Below are positions 63,573 to 64,000 of a DNA stretch of 64,000 nucleotides, piece by piece; the first letter of the stretch is position 1, and every line of letters begins with the position of its first letter. Below the pieces are notes generated by a model that saw only the letters and a program-made list of their open reading frames with translations, ran no database searches and was not told the origin of the DNA. The stretch is from Daphnia carinata (lineage: Eukaryota). The stretch spans positions 6,262,001 to 6,326,000 of the forward strand of contig NC_081333.1 in assembly GCF_022539665.2 (NCBI RefSeq), written 5' to 3'. Both the position numbers and the translations under genes were made by a program.

Positions 63573-64000
63573 TTTTTGAAAATAAATTATTAGCAGACAC
63601 ACGTTCAAAACAATCAACACAGGTCGCCAGAATCGGACTGCGTATATTGGTGTACATTGAGCGTGGAGCAGTACTGCGTGGAATTCTCCGTGGAAATGGG
63701 AGGAGCAAGAAGTCTGTCTACGGTAACTCGCCCAAAAGAGTATTGTACATGTACAGTATGTTCCAAAAAAATCCGACTACCCCCCTTTAAAAAAAATGCC
63801 CCCTATCAACGTATAGCTAAGTTACTTAGTAGTTTAGGTGGGTTATGTTAGAATATGGGAAAATGCGGGAAAAAATGTGGAAAAATGTGGTAGACGTTAC
63901 CATAGAAACGAGACAGGAATGAGTTTGTGTCTCGAATCACTAAGGGATGAGACAAATTGCCGTTAGGCAAAGCCAAAAATTTTAACAAATCTACTAGAAA

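Noticed and set aside
1..64000. Fanzor/TnpB or other RNA-guided nuclease ORF partnering the cassette array
   Set aside because: No RuvC or zinc-ribbon ORF is recognisable anywhere in the window; any partner protein would have to act in trans.
63745..64000. Tc1/mariner end (TA-CAGT...) upstream of INTS10
   Set aside because: Homology to the left copy stops here, but no partner TIR lies within the window.

Overview
Eukaryotic, AT-rich, short-intron (about 60-80 bp) animal DNA. The intron size and gene content suggest a crustacean, possibly Daphnia (inference). Most of the window is a transposon-dense, heterochromatin-like tract. It holds nested LTR elements (Gypsy-type solo LTRs, a Copia, a BEL/Pao) and DNA transposons (P, hAT, MULE, CACTA and PIF/Harbinger types), most defined here by TIRs and target-site duplications read from the sequence. 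Interspersed are disrupted gene copies: an INTS10 5' fragment, CEP78, MOCOS, SETD4, Dicer-1, ATRX, an I29/cathepsin propeptide, a CUB protein and AIFM1. Only the right end carries apparently intact genes, a compact KNL1-like gene and INTS10. Three structures stand out. (1) A 2-kb hAT-type element carries an array of six sequence-divergent tRNA-like Pol III cassettes, each with an exact 44-nt A-box to B-box spacing, a TATCGATA (DRE-like) motif 50-52 nt upstream and a T-run downstream. The same cassette geometry recurs singly in unrelated P-type MITEs. (2) A Dicer-1 pseudogene forms an inverted repeat with 2-kb arms, a candidate hairpin RNA source against Dicer itself. (3) P-type elements are stacked by repeated insertion at one site just upstream of KNL1.
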